From: Eutreptiella sp. 'Long Island Sound 2002'
Taxonomy: Eukaryota > Protista > Euglenida
Reading direction: 5' to 3'
Assembly: GCA_964036045.1 (NCBI GenBank)
Contig: OZ038378.1
Coordinates: 66,836,001-66,900,000 of the forward strand
DNA: 64,000 bases
Under the pieces are notes generated by a model. It was not told the DNA's origin. It ran no database searches and saw only the letters and a program-made list of their open reading frames with translations. The first letter of the stretch is position 1. Every line of letters starts with the position of its first letter. The position numbers and the translations under genes were made by a program. Positions 25,051-37,200 of the stretch are shown here, in pieces.

Positions 25051-25379
25051 GTAGGGACATTCGTGGGTTGTCCCCAAGAGGGCGACACGTGACGCCGACA
25101 TTGGCGATGTGTATGGGGTTGAGTTGGAGGGTTAGGACGAAGACACTGAGGACGAGGCCAATTCTACGTCTGCCTCGGACTTAGTGGCCGCACACTTAGC
25201 TATCGCGGCCGCGCCCGGTGCCACGTACAAAGTGCTCCCGCGGCCCTAGCTAGCCGTAATGCCCCTTGTTGGAGTGCCGCCGCATAATCGCCCATATATG
25301 GGCCAAGAGGTGTGTCTCCAACGACGGGACAAGTGCACCCACCAAGTCCAAGAGTAGCACCTCCATTTCCAAGTCAAAG

Positions 25380-27110
25380 TTTGGCAATGCTCTAACCTCG
25401 CTCACATGGTTGACCCCTTCGTGGAGCCTCACCTTTCCGACACCTCTTTCGCACGTTGAATTACGACACAAAATAGGTAAAAAATGGTACTCAATTTGGT
25501 TCCAACATCTCCATTCTGCAGCTGAGTCGACGTGTGAAATCCGGGAATAGGCACCCAGCATTGGTGAGAGCTAGACGGGTATGGGACCCTAAGCATCTAA
25601 GCAGCTTTTGGTGGGCAAGGATTCTGGGGGATTACACAACGAAGAAAGCTCAAAGATACAAGCTTGTTAGGCTAGTTTTTTGTGGGCGATGACAACACCA
25701 ACCCCTTGTGTCATTGTTGCATCCCAATGAGTCGTGTAATTGAGACTAAGTATATTCGGGTAGCTTCCACCCTGTTTGCCTCGCAAGTGTGTTACTTGCA
25801 ACTATCTCCATCCCACGCACGTTTTTTGGTGGCATGTGCCACACCAATATGCTGTTGTAGCCCCTCAGTTTTTTCATGGGCACGAAGTCAACATAGAGCA
25901 GGGTATTCCTGCAATAGGGAGTAGGGATAGAGGTATGCAGCCCTAGATCCCTTGAGTCCGACTATTTGCTACCCTTGCACATGCATGCATTAGTAATGGA
26001 TTGCCGACGCTTCATAGCCTCATTGGGTTCCATGGTGGTGTACAACCATTTGTTGAAATCGTGCAAGGACTAATGAGCACAATAATGTCCTCCCATACCA
26101 TGGGACCATTTCATGACTGGCGTTATTCGCTCGTTGGGCAGCACTATGCAGTCCCCGCAGCACATGTACCACGGGTCTTCACTCCTTAGCTTCTTCCCAA
26201 TTATAACACGCTCAACCTGGGCTTGCACCTTAGAAGGGACATGGGAAAACGTGTTCCCATATTCTTAAAACTTGCGGTCTTGCAGCGCTTCGAGCAACCG
26301 TTGCATCCTCAAGTCTAGATGTACATCCATTTGGGCGAAGGCCTCGTGAGCGGGGGCTTCCGAACTAGTGCCCATTAGCCCGTCGAAGTTCTTCTGGCTG
26401 GTAACATAGGCCTTCTCTTTCTTAATGCCTTGGATGTGGAACACCTCAAGTCCCCACTAACTCAAATGGGTCCACCATGGACAAACTTTGGCCTTCTCTT
26501 GAAGAGGTCCAGTTTGAAATGATTTGACGGGTTCTTGGCCGCATGGCCAAACCCCAAGGTTCGCTCCTAAACGCCGATGTTGAGACGATGGTATCGACAT
26601 CCCGTCCAATAACTCATGCTAATTGTTGAAAAGTCGGCCCCGGTAGAGTCCGATTTTGAGTTCCATGTCAAAATCCAGTGGCCCAATGGCACTGGAACGA
26701 ACTCAGAATAAGGATTCTCGTGCTTGAGGGGACCATCGATATGCACCACTTGGGTGTGGTAGCTGGCGACGATAGCGCTCATGGTTTCTTGTATGATGAG
26801 TTGCCATTGACAAAGCCCCCCCCCTCCTCCCAAGTCGCTCGTGTCGCTCACCAGTATGATCTCCCTATGAGGTTTGGGGACAGCTCGGCATTTTGCCTTG
26901 GCGGGAGCTATGGCCGACGTCCAAACCTAGGTAATGCTCCATCTCCTCCTTCATTATTTTCCGCTTCTCCAACTTCATCCTCAAGTTGTACTCTTGGCAT
27001 ACGGAGGACAGTTGTTGAAGAAGGATGTAGTGGTCCTCCTTTAAATTTGTGCCGAGGCACACATCATCGATGTGCGCCTCCATTTGAGTGCAACACTTAA
27101 TTACGTCCTC
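25380..27110 (-). mobile_element. Decayed Ty3/gypsy pol (RT end, RNase H, integrase)
   Basis: RT: MEAHIDDVCLGTN...LEKRKIMKEEMEHYLGLDVG. RNase H: EIILVSDTSDLGGGGGLCQWQ...PLGHW...FHIQGIKKEKA. Broken integrase-like frames follow, in RT-RH-INT order. Confidence 0.8.
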
Positions 27111-27479
27111 AATTAAGACCGTTGGATTAATTTTGTTGTGGTGAAAGTAATGGGCTTTTCACAACACGCCGCACAACCCTTGAACGTTGAGTACCAATTT
27201 GTGGAGCAGAGAAATGGACCAATGGCATGGATACACGAAGCAAATCACATATGGCATCATGCAACGCATACATGCAAGAGTGGAGGACGAAACGTGATGC
27301 AGAACACATCGGAAGAACCCCAACGCGTTTGTTCGGTGAGGCTCCTAAACCCTTGTGACACTAGCGATGGAGAAAACTAATGGTATCAAGAAGTGATTAA
27401 CCGACATTCATCCGTGCCTATACACCAGTCACGAGTACCTACGACGCGCCAAAAACCTCCACCCACCACCATTACATTG

Positions 27480-28330
27480 AAACTAGGGCAGGCTTGAAAT
27501 TGTGGGAGTGGGACGTATGTGGATTCTTTTTGTCCATGAACGACATTGACACCATCGAGCCCCTATACGCGATGCATGATCTCGTCGTAGAAAAAAAGTA
27601 GACATCAAATCCCGCATGCCACGGCAATGCTCTTCTCCATACAGAACGCAGATAGGAAATTGGATATAATGGGGGCGAGACTTTCATGTTATTGCGTTGA
27701 TTAGTGAAGGTATGAACTTTGAGAGGTGGGAGCCCCTAAAAAATCACCGGTTTGTTGTAGCTGACCACGTTCTAGCTCAAAAACTTGGTGCTCCTATTGG
27801 AGAGGCCTTGCCCGCCCAATGGCCGTTCTTGCATTGTATGATACGCGAAGATAGTTTTTAAAATGCACTAGTGCATATTCCGAAATGCAAAATGCGCCCC
27901 CATTTTCCCAACAACATGTTCCCGCGTAGATCCTTCAGGTGTAGGGAAAACCTAGTGTGAATGTACCATGTGTTGTTGGAACGAGCCAAGAATTTCTTTG
28001 ACTCCATATATCGTCAAAATTGCAAGTTGAAGGGGTGGGCCCGCGCTTGCAACATTATAAGCCATACTTTAAGTGAACGACGGGCCACACAAATTGAAAA
28101 ATGGTCTGAAAGACACAATCTCCTTTGCTAATTATCCTGACCATCGGAAATAGTTTGCTCCAAATCTCAATACCGACTGCCCACTGCCAAAAAAATGTTA
28201 CAAAGCCCTGCCTTGGCCGTTGATTGTGTGTTTTATGTTTCAAGCTGGAACTTGCTGCAGCCCAACGTGAACATGAACTTCTACGAAATTTTCGCAAAGG
28301 GGTACCCATGAAAGGGGTGGGTCCATACTC
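27480..28330 (+). mobile_element. Decayed Penelope-like reverse transcriptase, copy 1
   Basis: LWEWDVCGFFLSM (RT3-like), NHRFVVADHVLAQKLGAPIG...QWPFLHCMIRE (RT4, QxxGxPxG), SFRCRENLV (RT5 position), LQVEGVG, later KGYP; several shifts and stops. Confidence 0.55.
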
Positions 28331-29449
28331 TGCAGCAGAGCCTCTTTAGATTTGTGTGTCAAAAAAAAATAGGGTACACTTCATTCCTATATGGGTTAAA
28401 CAACGCACATGGCAGGGATGACGGCCAAAATGAGAGAGCGTTGACACGAGCCAATCACACAAATAGGGGCCCAAGGGAAAGCATACCTAACAGCACTTAG
28501 ACGACGGTAGGGAGTGACACAACCACGGGCCCCCTTTATGGAGTGGAGAAGTATACGGATCACATGCATACACGTAGAAAATAACATGTAGAATGATGCA
28601 AGGTATATGCGCAAGAGTGGAGTACAAGACCACATGTCTCTCACACATTCTACTGCACTCCGCATCCTAATGGACTTCCTTCTATCTTGCTGATTTGTGC
28701 CATGGCTACGTGTACACCCTGTATACAAGTGGTACGTGTATGTTTGCCGCACCTTTGCCACATAAAACAACAACAACAATAGTGGCATAAGCGGCTAGCA
28801 TGCAGCAACATGTGCACCAACATTTTTTGTCAACGCATTGTGGACACATTTAGTCGTTCCCTAGTATTGATTGTAACGAAGACTGCCGTCACCATGATTA
28901 ACGAAGAATGACGTCACCATGATTCAGGATCGCACAATGTAATGCAAATACGAACACAATTAGCAAGCAAATAATGGTCTCTTCTACTTCTAGCCAACAA
29001 AATGTTCATCTTCTTTGGCATTAGAAATATCTAAATGTTCATTTCGCGCAATATGTGAGGTTGGGTCGAATATTGTGACCCATGAAGTGTCACAAGTGCA
29101 CACTTGAATCCATCCCCAAGGGTCCCTGAGGCGGCATTGAGGGAGTTTTACGCCTCAGTGAAGGGAATACCCATGCTTTTTGGACATGCGTGTGGGCCGC
29201 GCTGCACGTGACGATAAATCGTTGGAAAGAGAATGTGATCGACCATGTGGAGAGGCTGCAATGCAAACGTGGTCCATGGAATGCGGTGTAGAATCTAGCG
29301 CCTTTTCAAAAACCACAGGAGATTCCACAGACCTTCACAGTGAACGTATGTAAATGGTCTGCCACATTGAACAATCAATTTTTGATACATGAAGCCGAGT
29401 CAATGGCCAACGAGAAACGCCTATGGAATTAAATCTCCGCGTGCGACTT

Positions 29450-30350
29450 GCTGAACACCAGGAATCATAAGTGGCTTGATGGTGTGAAGCCTGTATTATG
29501 GTCAGCGGGCTATGCTTGCACACCACGGGGAAAAACAACCAGCAGCGCACAAGAGCATTCCGTGAGGTACCTTGTTTCCAAGTTACCATCCAAGAAAACG
29601 GGGAAGCACAAGAAGATTGGCACTATCAAGGGTAATTACCAACCTTGTGTAGAGGAAGTCGTTGGCTCCTTTCCTACGGCGCCTAGCTTCAAGGAGACAT
29701 GGCAGCTTGGGTAGATGTTATTGACCATAACCAACCATGTCCTCACCACAACTTAGGATAACAGAAAATACAACCAAATATGAATTGCAATCAGGCCCAA
29801 TATGCAACATTTGGTCAATCATAGTCATTGATGAAGTGTCACGGAGGTGCCGAAAACTCAAATGTCTCCTGAAAGCACGAAGAACCAAAACTGCATGCGG
29901 ATTACATGGTGAAGATTACCACTCGCTTGGGTGGAATTTGCACAAACTTTGTTAGTGGGGCAAATAACGAGGCAACAGAGGGGCAAAATGGCGCACACCA
30001 AACTATTCGACGTCTCCTCTTTATTCGCAAAAACAGCCGTTTCCCAGTTGTTTTCTTGGGGTGGGCACACAATCTTGCTCTGACTATGTGACCTTGCATT
30101 CTGTTATTTACTGGGGGACAAAAACATGTGGAAAATGAAGAAGAAGAAGAAGAGATGAAGAGAGTTGCAAGCAGTGACCGATGGACAAAATGATGGAACT
30201 TGTAAGTATACATATGCAAAGCAAGCATTCGCGAACGAGTGAGATTGTCGTACAAACCTTGTGGCTTTACAAGCAAAACCGTTGCACATTCCACCTGGGC
30301 CCATTGGACGTGTAGAGGAAGTTGGCAATCCAAGGTTGTGGCTGAGGTGT
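29450..30350 (+). mobile_element. Decayed Penelope-like reverse transcriptase, copy 2 (diverged)
   Basis: SKLPSKKTGKHKKIGTIKGNYQP (RT1-2-like), FLGVGTQSCSDYVTLHSV (RT4-like), DCRTNLVAL (RT5 position). Confidence 0.4.
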
Positions 30351-31129
30351 CCATTTTTGTCTGTGATGTGCTTGTTAAGTTGAGCTTTAGGCAAATGAAA
30401 ACTGTGTCCCGAGGTACACGTCGAAAAATCAAAATTTGTTCTAGCCTAGAACAGCCGGAAGAGGCTACAACGAAAAAAGCGCAAGTTACCCGAACCCATG
30501 CGTGTGGGGGGTCGGTGATATCAATGGTGGAGCGTGGTCCACCGAAACCGTACTAGGGGGTCCAAATGTCATTTGTGGCCAACGCACATTTTTGAGCTTG
30601 AACCGAAGACACCAAAAAACTATTCTATTGACGTGCTAGCGCCGATCTACCGTGCCCCCCCCAACATTGGACATCTTATGTTGTGTGTTGTGTTGTTCAT
30701 ATGTCGAAACCAAGATGTGTGTGTGTGTGTGTGTGTGTGTGTGTCTGTGTGTAGGAGCACACATGCCTCTGTGTTGCATGAAGTGTGTTGGCTTCTATGA
30801 GGTTATGTGCCATTTACCCCGTTCCCCCTTCTTTGGTGCCGCTTACATGCCAAGCATGTGTGTATCTTTTTGTTCCAGGTTCGTTCTAGGCTATGAATGA
30901 AGCAATACCATACCTACCTGTTGATGTCAATCCGTAACAGTCAAAAATCCTGTATACAAGCAAGAAGTGAGAAAGACACCAACCAAAATGAAAGGGATGC
31001 CCTCCGTGATCAAGCGTTGCACACCAAGCAAGGTAGCCCCAGACCCCACACCGCCACATGGAAAGGAGGGGGGGATTGCCCGCTAATCAGGAGCTGTTAG
31101 TGCGGACATGTGTTGTGTGAGGGTGTGGT

Positions 31130-32070
31130 GTGTGAGGTTGTGGTGTGTGTTGTCCCCCCTCCTCCCAGGTTATGGAATGCCCCCCCCCCCCTTGTGTGCA
31201 GTGGTGCTTGGGTTGTTGGTTTGTAGGCTGTTCGTTTTGGGGTTGGTTGGTTGTTGCTTGGTTGTTTTGCAAGCTTCTGACATTGGTCGGCTTACTGGTT
31301 GGTTGGTTGGTTGGTTCGTTTGTTCGTGCCTAGTTCCCGGCTGTGTAGGGTTTGATGGTTCATTTAGTGAGGGGTAGGTGTGCGCACACATGTGCGGCGG
31401 CATGCTGTGTGTGGCCTACACAGGGTGCACCATGCTGTGTGGTGGTGTAGCATGGTGTCCTTGCCGCTGCACACGCACGTGCATGCGTTGCAAGGGTCCC
31501 GGGGGGGGGGGGGGGGGGGGCACATTCAATTGTGGCGTTATAGGGGCATTCTGGCGAGTCATACTAGCGGTGATATATTGAGATCTAGCACCGACAGCTT
31601 CATGCACTAAACCACCTCTAGAACGTGTCGCTAGAACGCCTCTGGAACACCACAATTCAATGTGTGCAGCCCCCCCCACCCCCAAGATGCTTGCAATTGC
31701 TACGCACACATGTTCATAGACAAACACACCATGCAACAACACCACATAGGTAGCAGCACAGTGTGCACACCAAATACACACACACACACACACACACATG
31801 CACCCCACCCAACTAACGAACAAACCCCAACCACCCACCAACTAGCGAACAACCAACCAACCAACCAACCAACCAACTAGCTAGCCAAACCGAGCACCAC
31901 AGTAACCTACCAACCAACAGCCAACCAGTCAACCCGAAAATCAAGAACCAACCAACCAATCAAGTTGCAATGCACACAGGGGTGGGGCTGGGGCGTTCCA
32001 TAACGTGTGAAGCGGGGGGACAGTGCACGCAACGGGTAGCCTCACAAGCGGGCTGACACAGTCCATAAAC
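31130..32070. repeat. Long imperfect palindrome centred on ~31590 with (GGTT)n/(AACC)n arms
   Basis: GGGGGCACATTCAATTGTGG pairs with CCACAATTCAATGTGTGCAGCCCCC at the centre. GTCCCCCC...GTTATGGAATGCCCC (31153) pairs with GGGGCGTTCCATAAC...GGGGGGAC (31990-32021). Confidence 0.75.
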
Positions 32071-32949
32071 CGGGGTCGGGGGTTGCAAGGCGGGAGGGAT
32101 GGTGGGAAAGGGGGGGAGCTGTGCACCACACACCCCGACACCACATGCACACAAAGCATGGAGGAGGGAAGGAGTGACAAACCTATCTCTTGGCGTCAAT
32201 ACGCAATAGCGGGGAATGAATTGCAACAACAGCAAGCACCTACAAAAATGCAAGAGATACCCTCCCTGACGGTAACTAGCACAACAAGCAAGATAGCCCC
32301 AAACCCCACACCGCAAAAAGAAGGTGGGGGGGGGGGGGCAGTAGAAGGGGGTATTGGTCTGAATTTCCTTGCCACCTCCCCCTCCGCACGCTTGGCATCT
32401 TATATTGGGTGTTGTCTTGTGTAAATACCCATGCCAAACTGTGTGTGTTTAGGGGACACAGGGGCATATGCCTATGCATGCGTCAAGTGTACTGGTTTCT
32501 ATGAGCCCATGTGACATGCAGCCTCCTCCCTTGGTACACGCTAAAAGACCCAATCTTGTCCTAGCCTAGACGCCGCTAGAGTGGCTAGAGCGAAAAAAAG
32601 TAGTGGTTGCCCGGACCCGTGGGCATGGGAAGGAGGAGCTATGAAGGGTGCAAATTGGACCCCTATTACCCTACTAGGGGATCCATACCTTGTTTTTGAG
32701 GAAAACACATCTTCGACCTGAAATTCAACAGGTACAAAAAATCGTTCTACCAACGTTCTAGCGCCCTCCTAGCGCCGCCCCGTTAGAACGGCGCACTACG
32801 TCGCTAGAACGCTTCGCTAGAAGAAGGCTGGAACAAAAACGTGCACACACATTTGGCAAGTAAAATACAGCAATGTGTGAAGGGGTGGGGGGTTCCATGA
32901 CACATAGACACCTAGAAACCATCACATTTGGTACATGTCTAGTCATATG

Positions 32950-35170
32950 TGCACACACACACAAACACACACACATGCACGCACACATTTTGACATAGGC
33001 CGCGGCACTGTGGGGCTGCCGTCCTGGGGGGGGGGGGGGGGGCGTCTTTGCTTTTGTCACACATTTTTCAGGGGGGTTTTGAGAACTACCTTGGGGGGGG
33101 GGGTGGACTAAGGGGTCTGCGAGGGTGTTGTTTTCTTTGTTTCACGGTTGGTGTTTTATTGGATTTTTATGATATTGGAAGGACGAATTGCAAATTCAAG
33201 TTGCAGGTATGCCATGCAATGTTGTGCAGTGTTGTGGTGTGTTGTGGTCTCGTAAGGTGTAAAGTGGTGTCATGTAGTGTGGTGTGCTGCGGTGTGTTGC
33301 GGTTTGTTGTGTTGTGTGATTTGTTGTGGTGTGATGTATTGTGCGGAGGGGTAGTGTGTTGTGGTCACATGACGCGCCCTGTGGTGTGCTGTGTTGTCAT
33401 GTGGTGCGGTCGGGTGTCATGTGGTGTGGTCTAGTGTCATGTGGTGTGGTGTGGTGTGGTGGGGTATCGTGCGATAGGGTTGCCTGCTTGGTTGGTTGAA
33501 AGGTGTGTTGGTTGCTTGGCAAGTTGGGTTGTTTGGCAGCTTGGGTTATTTGTCGGGTGTTTGGCTTGTTGGGGCACGCTGTATGGTGTTTGCACCATGT
33601 GGTGTTTGGTGGCGTATGCCGCTGTATGCTCTGTGATGTCATGTCTGTGGGTACCCATGTAATTACTGCCATTCCAAGGGAGGGGGGGGGTGATAAGCAG
33701 TCACTAATTTTTGTCTAGCGGCGCTCTAGCGGCGCTTAAGCGGGCTGCTAGAGCGCCGCTAGAACGCCGCTCGAACAAAAATAGTAACCGCTTATCAGCC
33801 CCCCCCCCCCCTCCTTTGGAATGGCAGTAATTACATGGGTACCCACAGACATGACATCACAGAGCATACAACAGCATACAACACCACATATCACAGGGTG
33901 CAGACACCACACGACATGCCCCAACCAGCCAAACACCCAACAAATAACCCAAGCTGCCCAAAAACCCAACCTGCCATGCAACCAACACACCATTCAACCA
34001 ACCAGACAGGCAACCCTATTGCGCGATACCCCACCACACCACACCACACCACATGACATTGTGTTGGAGTCTTTTGTGGTGTGTGATCTGCTATGGTGTG
34101 GCGTACTGTGCAGTGGCGTGGTATGTTGATCATGGTCACATGACGTGCCCTGTGGTGTGCTGTGTTGTCATGTGGTGTGGACGGCCGTCATGTGGTGGGG
34201 TGTGGTGGGGAATCCTGTAATAGGGTTGGTTGTCTGGTTGGTTGAATACCATGTTGGTTGCTTGTTTGCTTTGGTTTGTAGCTACGTTCAGCTGTTTGGC
34301 AGCTTGAGTTATTTGATGGGTGTTTACCCGTCTGGGGCATGTTGTGTGGTGTCTGCACCCTGTGGTGTGTGTTGTGGTTTGCTGTGGTTTGCTCTGTAAT
34401 GTCATGTCTGTGGGTACAGATATATTTGCTGCCATTCCAAGGGAGGTGGGGGGGCTCGTATGCATTCACTATTTTTGTTCTAGCGGCGTTCGCGGGAAAT
34501 GCTCTAGCGGCGTTCTAGTGGCCCTCTAACGAGCCGCTGGAACGCCGCTCGAACAGTTCCCTAGACCGCCGCTAGAACAAAAATAGTAAATGCTTACCAG
34601 CCCCCCCCCCCCCTCTCTTGGAATGGCAGTAATTAGATGCGTACCCACAGACATGACATCACAGAGCATACAACACACCACAGCACACCACACCACATGA
34701 CACGAGGCCACAGCACATGACACCCGACCGCACCACGTGGGACCACAACACACCAGAGCGCACCTCATGTGACCACAACACAACACACCACGCCACTACA
34801 CAGCACAACACACCATAGCAAATCACACACCACAACTAACTACAACACAGCACACCACACCACTTTACACCTTACGAACCCCAACACACCACAACACTGC
34901 ACAATATTGCTTGGCATCCCTGCAACTTGAAATTGCAATTCGTCATTTCTATTTCATAAAAATCAAATAAAAAAGCACCTGTGAAACAAAGAAAAGAACG
35001 CCCTCCCAGGCCCCTGAGTCCAACACCCCCCCCAAGGTAGTTCTCAAAACCCCCCTGAAAAATGTGTGACAAAAGCAAAGACGCCCCCCCCAGGGAGGGC
35101 AGCCCCACAGTGCCCGTGCCTACGTCAAAATGTGTGCGTGCATGTGTGTGTGTTTGTGTACGTGTGTATA
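32950..35170. mobile_element. Foldback-type element: ~500-bp inverted outer arms enclosing two consecutive hairpin modules with CTAG-rich centres
   Basis: 32950-33460 is the reverse complement of 34670-35170. 33590-33710 is the reverse complement of 33790-33900 and of 34580-34680. A 19-bp stem CTAGCGGCGCTCTAGCGGC/GCTGCTAGAGCGCCGCTAG lies at 33715-33762. Confidence 0.85.
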
Positions 35171-36739
35171 TGTGTGTGTGTGTGATAATTTGTTTTTTGT
35201 TTTGTGTTCTACCCAGGCTATTGTATCGTTCTAGTATTGATCTATTGTAGGCTAGGTCATCTAGGCTAGAGGGTTCTAGCCTAGAACGAGATTGTGTCTT
35301 CTAGCGTGTACCAAGGGCTCCCCCGATCTTGGTGTTTTGTTGTTTGTGTTCTACCAATTGTACCAACGTAGGCTAAAAAAAAATTGTTCCAGCTGAGCCA
35401 GAACCGGTTTGGGCTAGAACCTTCTGGCGAAGCCATTCTAGCATGGAACGAAACTGGGTGTTCGAGCGTGTACCAAGGGGTGAGTTCCACCGTGTGTGGG
35501 TGTGGGCGAAGAAACGAGGCAAACCCATTGGTTTGGTGGAATGGAAGGACAATTTTGTGCACATGTTGGTGGGGACCATGAGAGTGTCCATTTGATGCAC
35601 CCGAGGGCTTGCTTTCTTTAGCCCTATGACTAGTCACCAATGATTTTGCCTTTGTTTGCGTTTGTGTGTCCATGACAATGGACACCATGGTATGCCAAGT
35701 TGAAGTGTACTGCACGTGAGTGCCGCGCACATCTCAGAGTCATTGATTGGGGGTATTTGGCTATTTATTTCGTTCCACAATGCCGAACGACGACAGCAAC
35801 TATGGTAAGAAAGGCAAGAAGGCAAAGCGGAACGGGCTCATTCAAGAATTGATGGGGGTCTTGCCGTAACTCGCATATTTAAGCGATGATGAGGAAGGAA
35901 GACCGCGAGTGCGTAACAGCGAAGGCAAACAAGTGCATAGACATAATCAACGAATTGAACAAAATACGGTCAAAGATCTTCTTCGTGGTCTGCATTTGTC
36001 ACGGGCAAACGTGTCAAGGGCAAATCCATCTCGGACTGGAAAAAAGGATATTCCTCATATTTCACATGTAGGACAACCTGAAGACTGTTCCGAGGAGGGA
36101 TGGAATGGCACAACCGCAAACTTCTAGTGTCACCACACATGGGTCAATTAGAAAATGCCGAGACTGGCCGCCTCCCCGCAAGTGCAACAGGAGGTGGCAC
36201 CTTGGCCAGACGACCATAAAGCAAGGGACGAAGATTCTAGTGATATGGACCGAAGGCTATTTCAAGTCGAGAACTCTGTGGCATCGACAGTGGATTATCG
36301 CAACAAAGATATTTCGATCATGAAACCGACGTTGTGGGATGTGCATTCTCGAATTGGTGCCTTGTGGCGAGATGATTCGCAAGGTGAAAAGCTGTGCAGG
36401 ATTGTGCGACAAAATGCGGGTATCGCTGAGCAACTCATCAACCACAGGCTAACAGCGGCGAGTGAGGCAGCTCACATCCGCAACCAACTGCATACGATGC
36501 GGCTGCCGAGCCCATTAATAGCACGGATTTGCATACACATCGTGATGAGAAGCCCAATACACCCACACATCGCAACAAGATAGAGCAAGACAATACTCAC
36601 CCAAGGGACCTATGTTAAAACCAATACGTTCAATTTTTCCTTTTCATATGTCAATGAGGGCGAAAACTAATGTGCCAAAAATTAACACGTTAACGCAATT
36701 TTCGTTCATTTGCACCGCTTTGTTCATGCGCGTATTGTT

Positions 36740-37200
36740 ACCCCTCAACGTAATCAACAGGTAAAACGGCGCACCCCACGATGCTACACAAGTGGCATAG
36801 TCCTTAAACTGCTGAACTGGGTGTCTCGGCCCACACACCCCTACTAAATCACCCCACACACCCCACTTGCACCCACCCTTTGCCCTTGTGGAGCTCTTGT
36901 TACACCTTTCTGCGATGACACTGGTCTCAAGCTTAGCATGTCGCTTACGTGTTTCAGTATGGCCCAGAGTTTGCGTGACGCTTTTGGTTTGGCAACTCCT
37001 CAGTGAGTGAGTGGCGTGATCCCCTTTGGCCAAGGCTTGGTGGTCGAAGGAAACCGAGGTTGCCCAACTCCACCTTGTGAGCACCAAGCAAATAGAGGCC
37101 CTCAAGTGCCTGTTGCACACCACCAATGTTGCCCAAGACAACCTTGATGGTGTCCGCAAGGGCAAGAGGTGCAAAGCCCGCCTTGGGGCCAGCTTGACCG
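36740..37200 (-). mobile_element. Second, decayed DDE_Tnp_4-like transposase C-terminal fragment
   Basis: LYLLGAHKVELGNLGFLRPP...LTEE...RKRHAKLETSVIAERCN resembles YLLGDxxFxLxxxLxxP...LTxExxxxNxxHxxxRxxVER. Confidence 0.35.

Noticed and set aside
35780-36583. Coiled-coil-like ORFs (35886-36071, 36155-36583) as a host gene or gag
   Set aside because: Broken frames, no motif and no splice-consistent structure; left unassigned.
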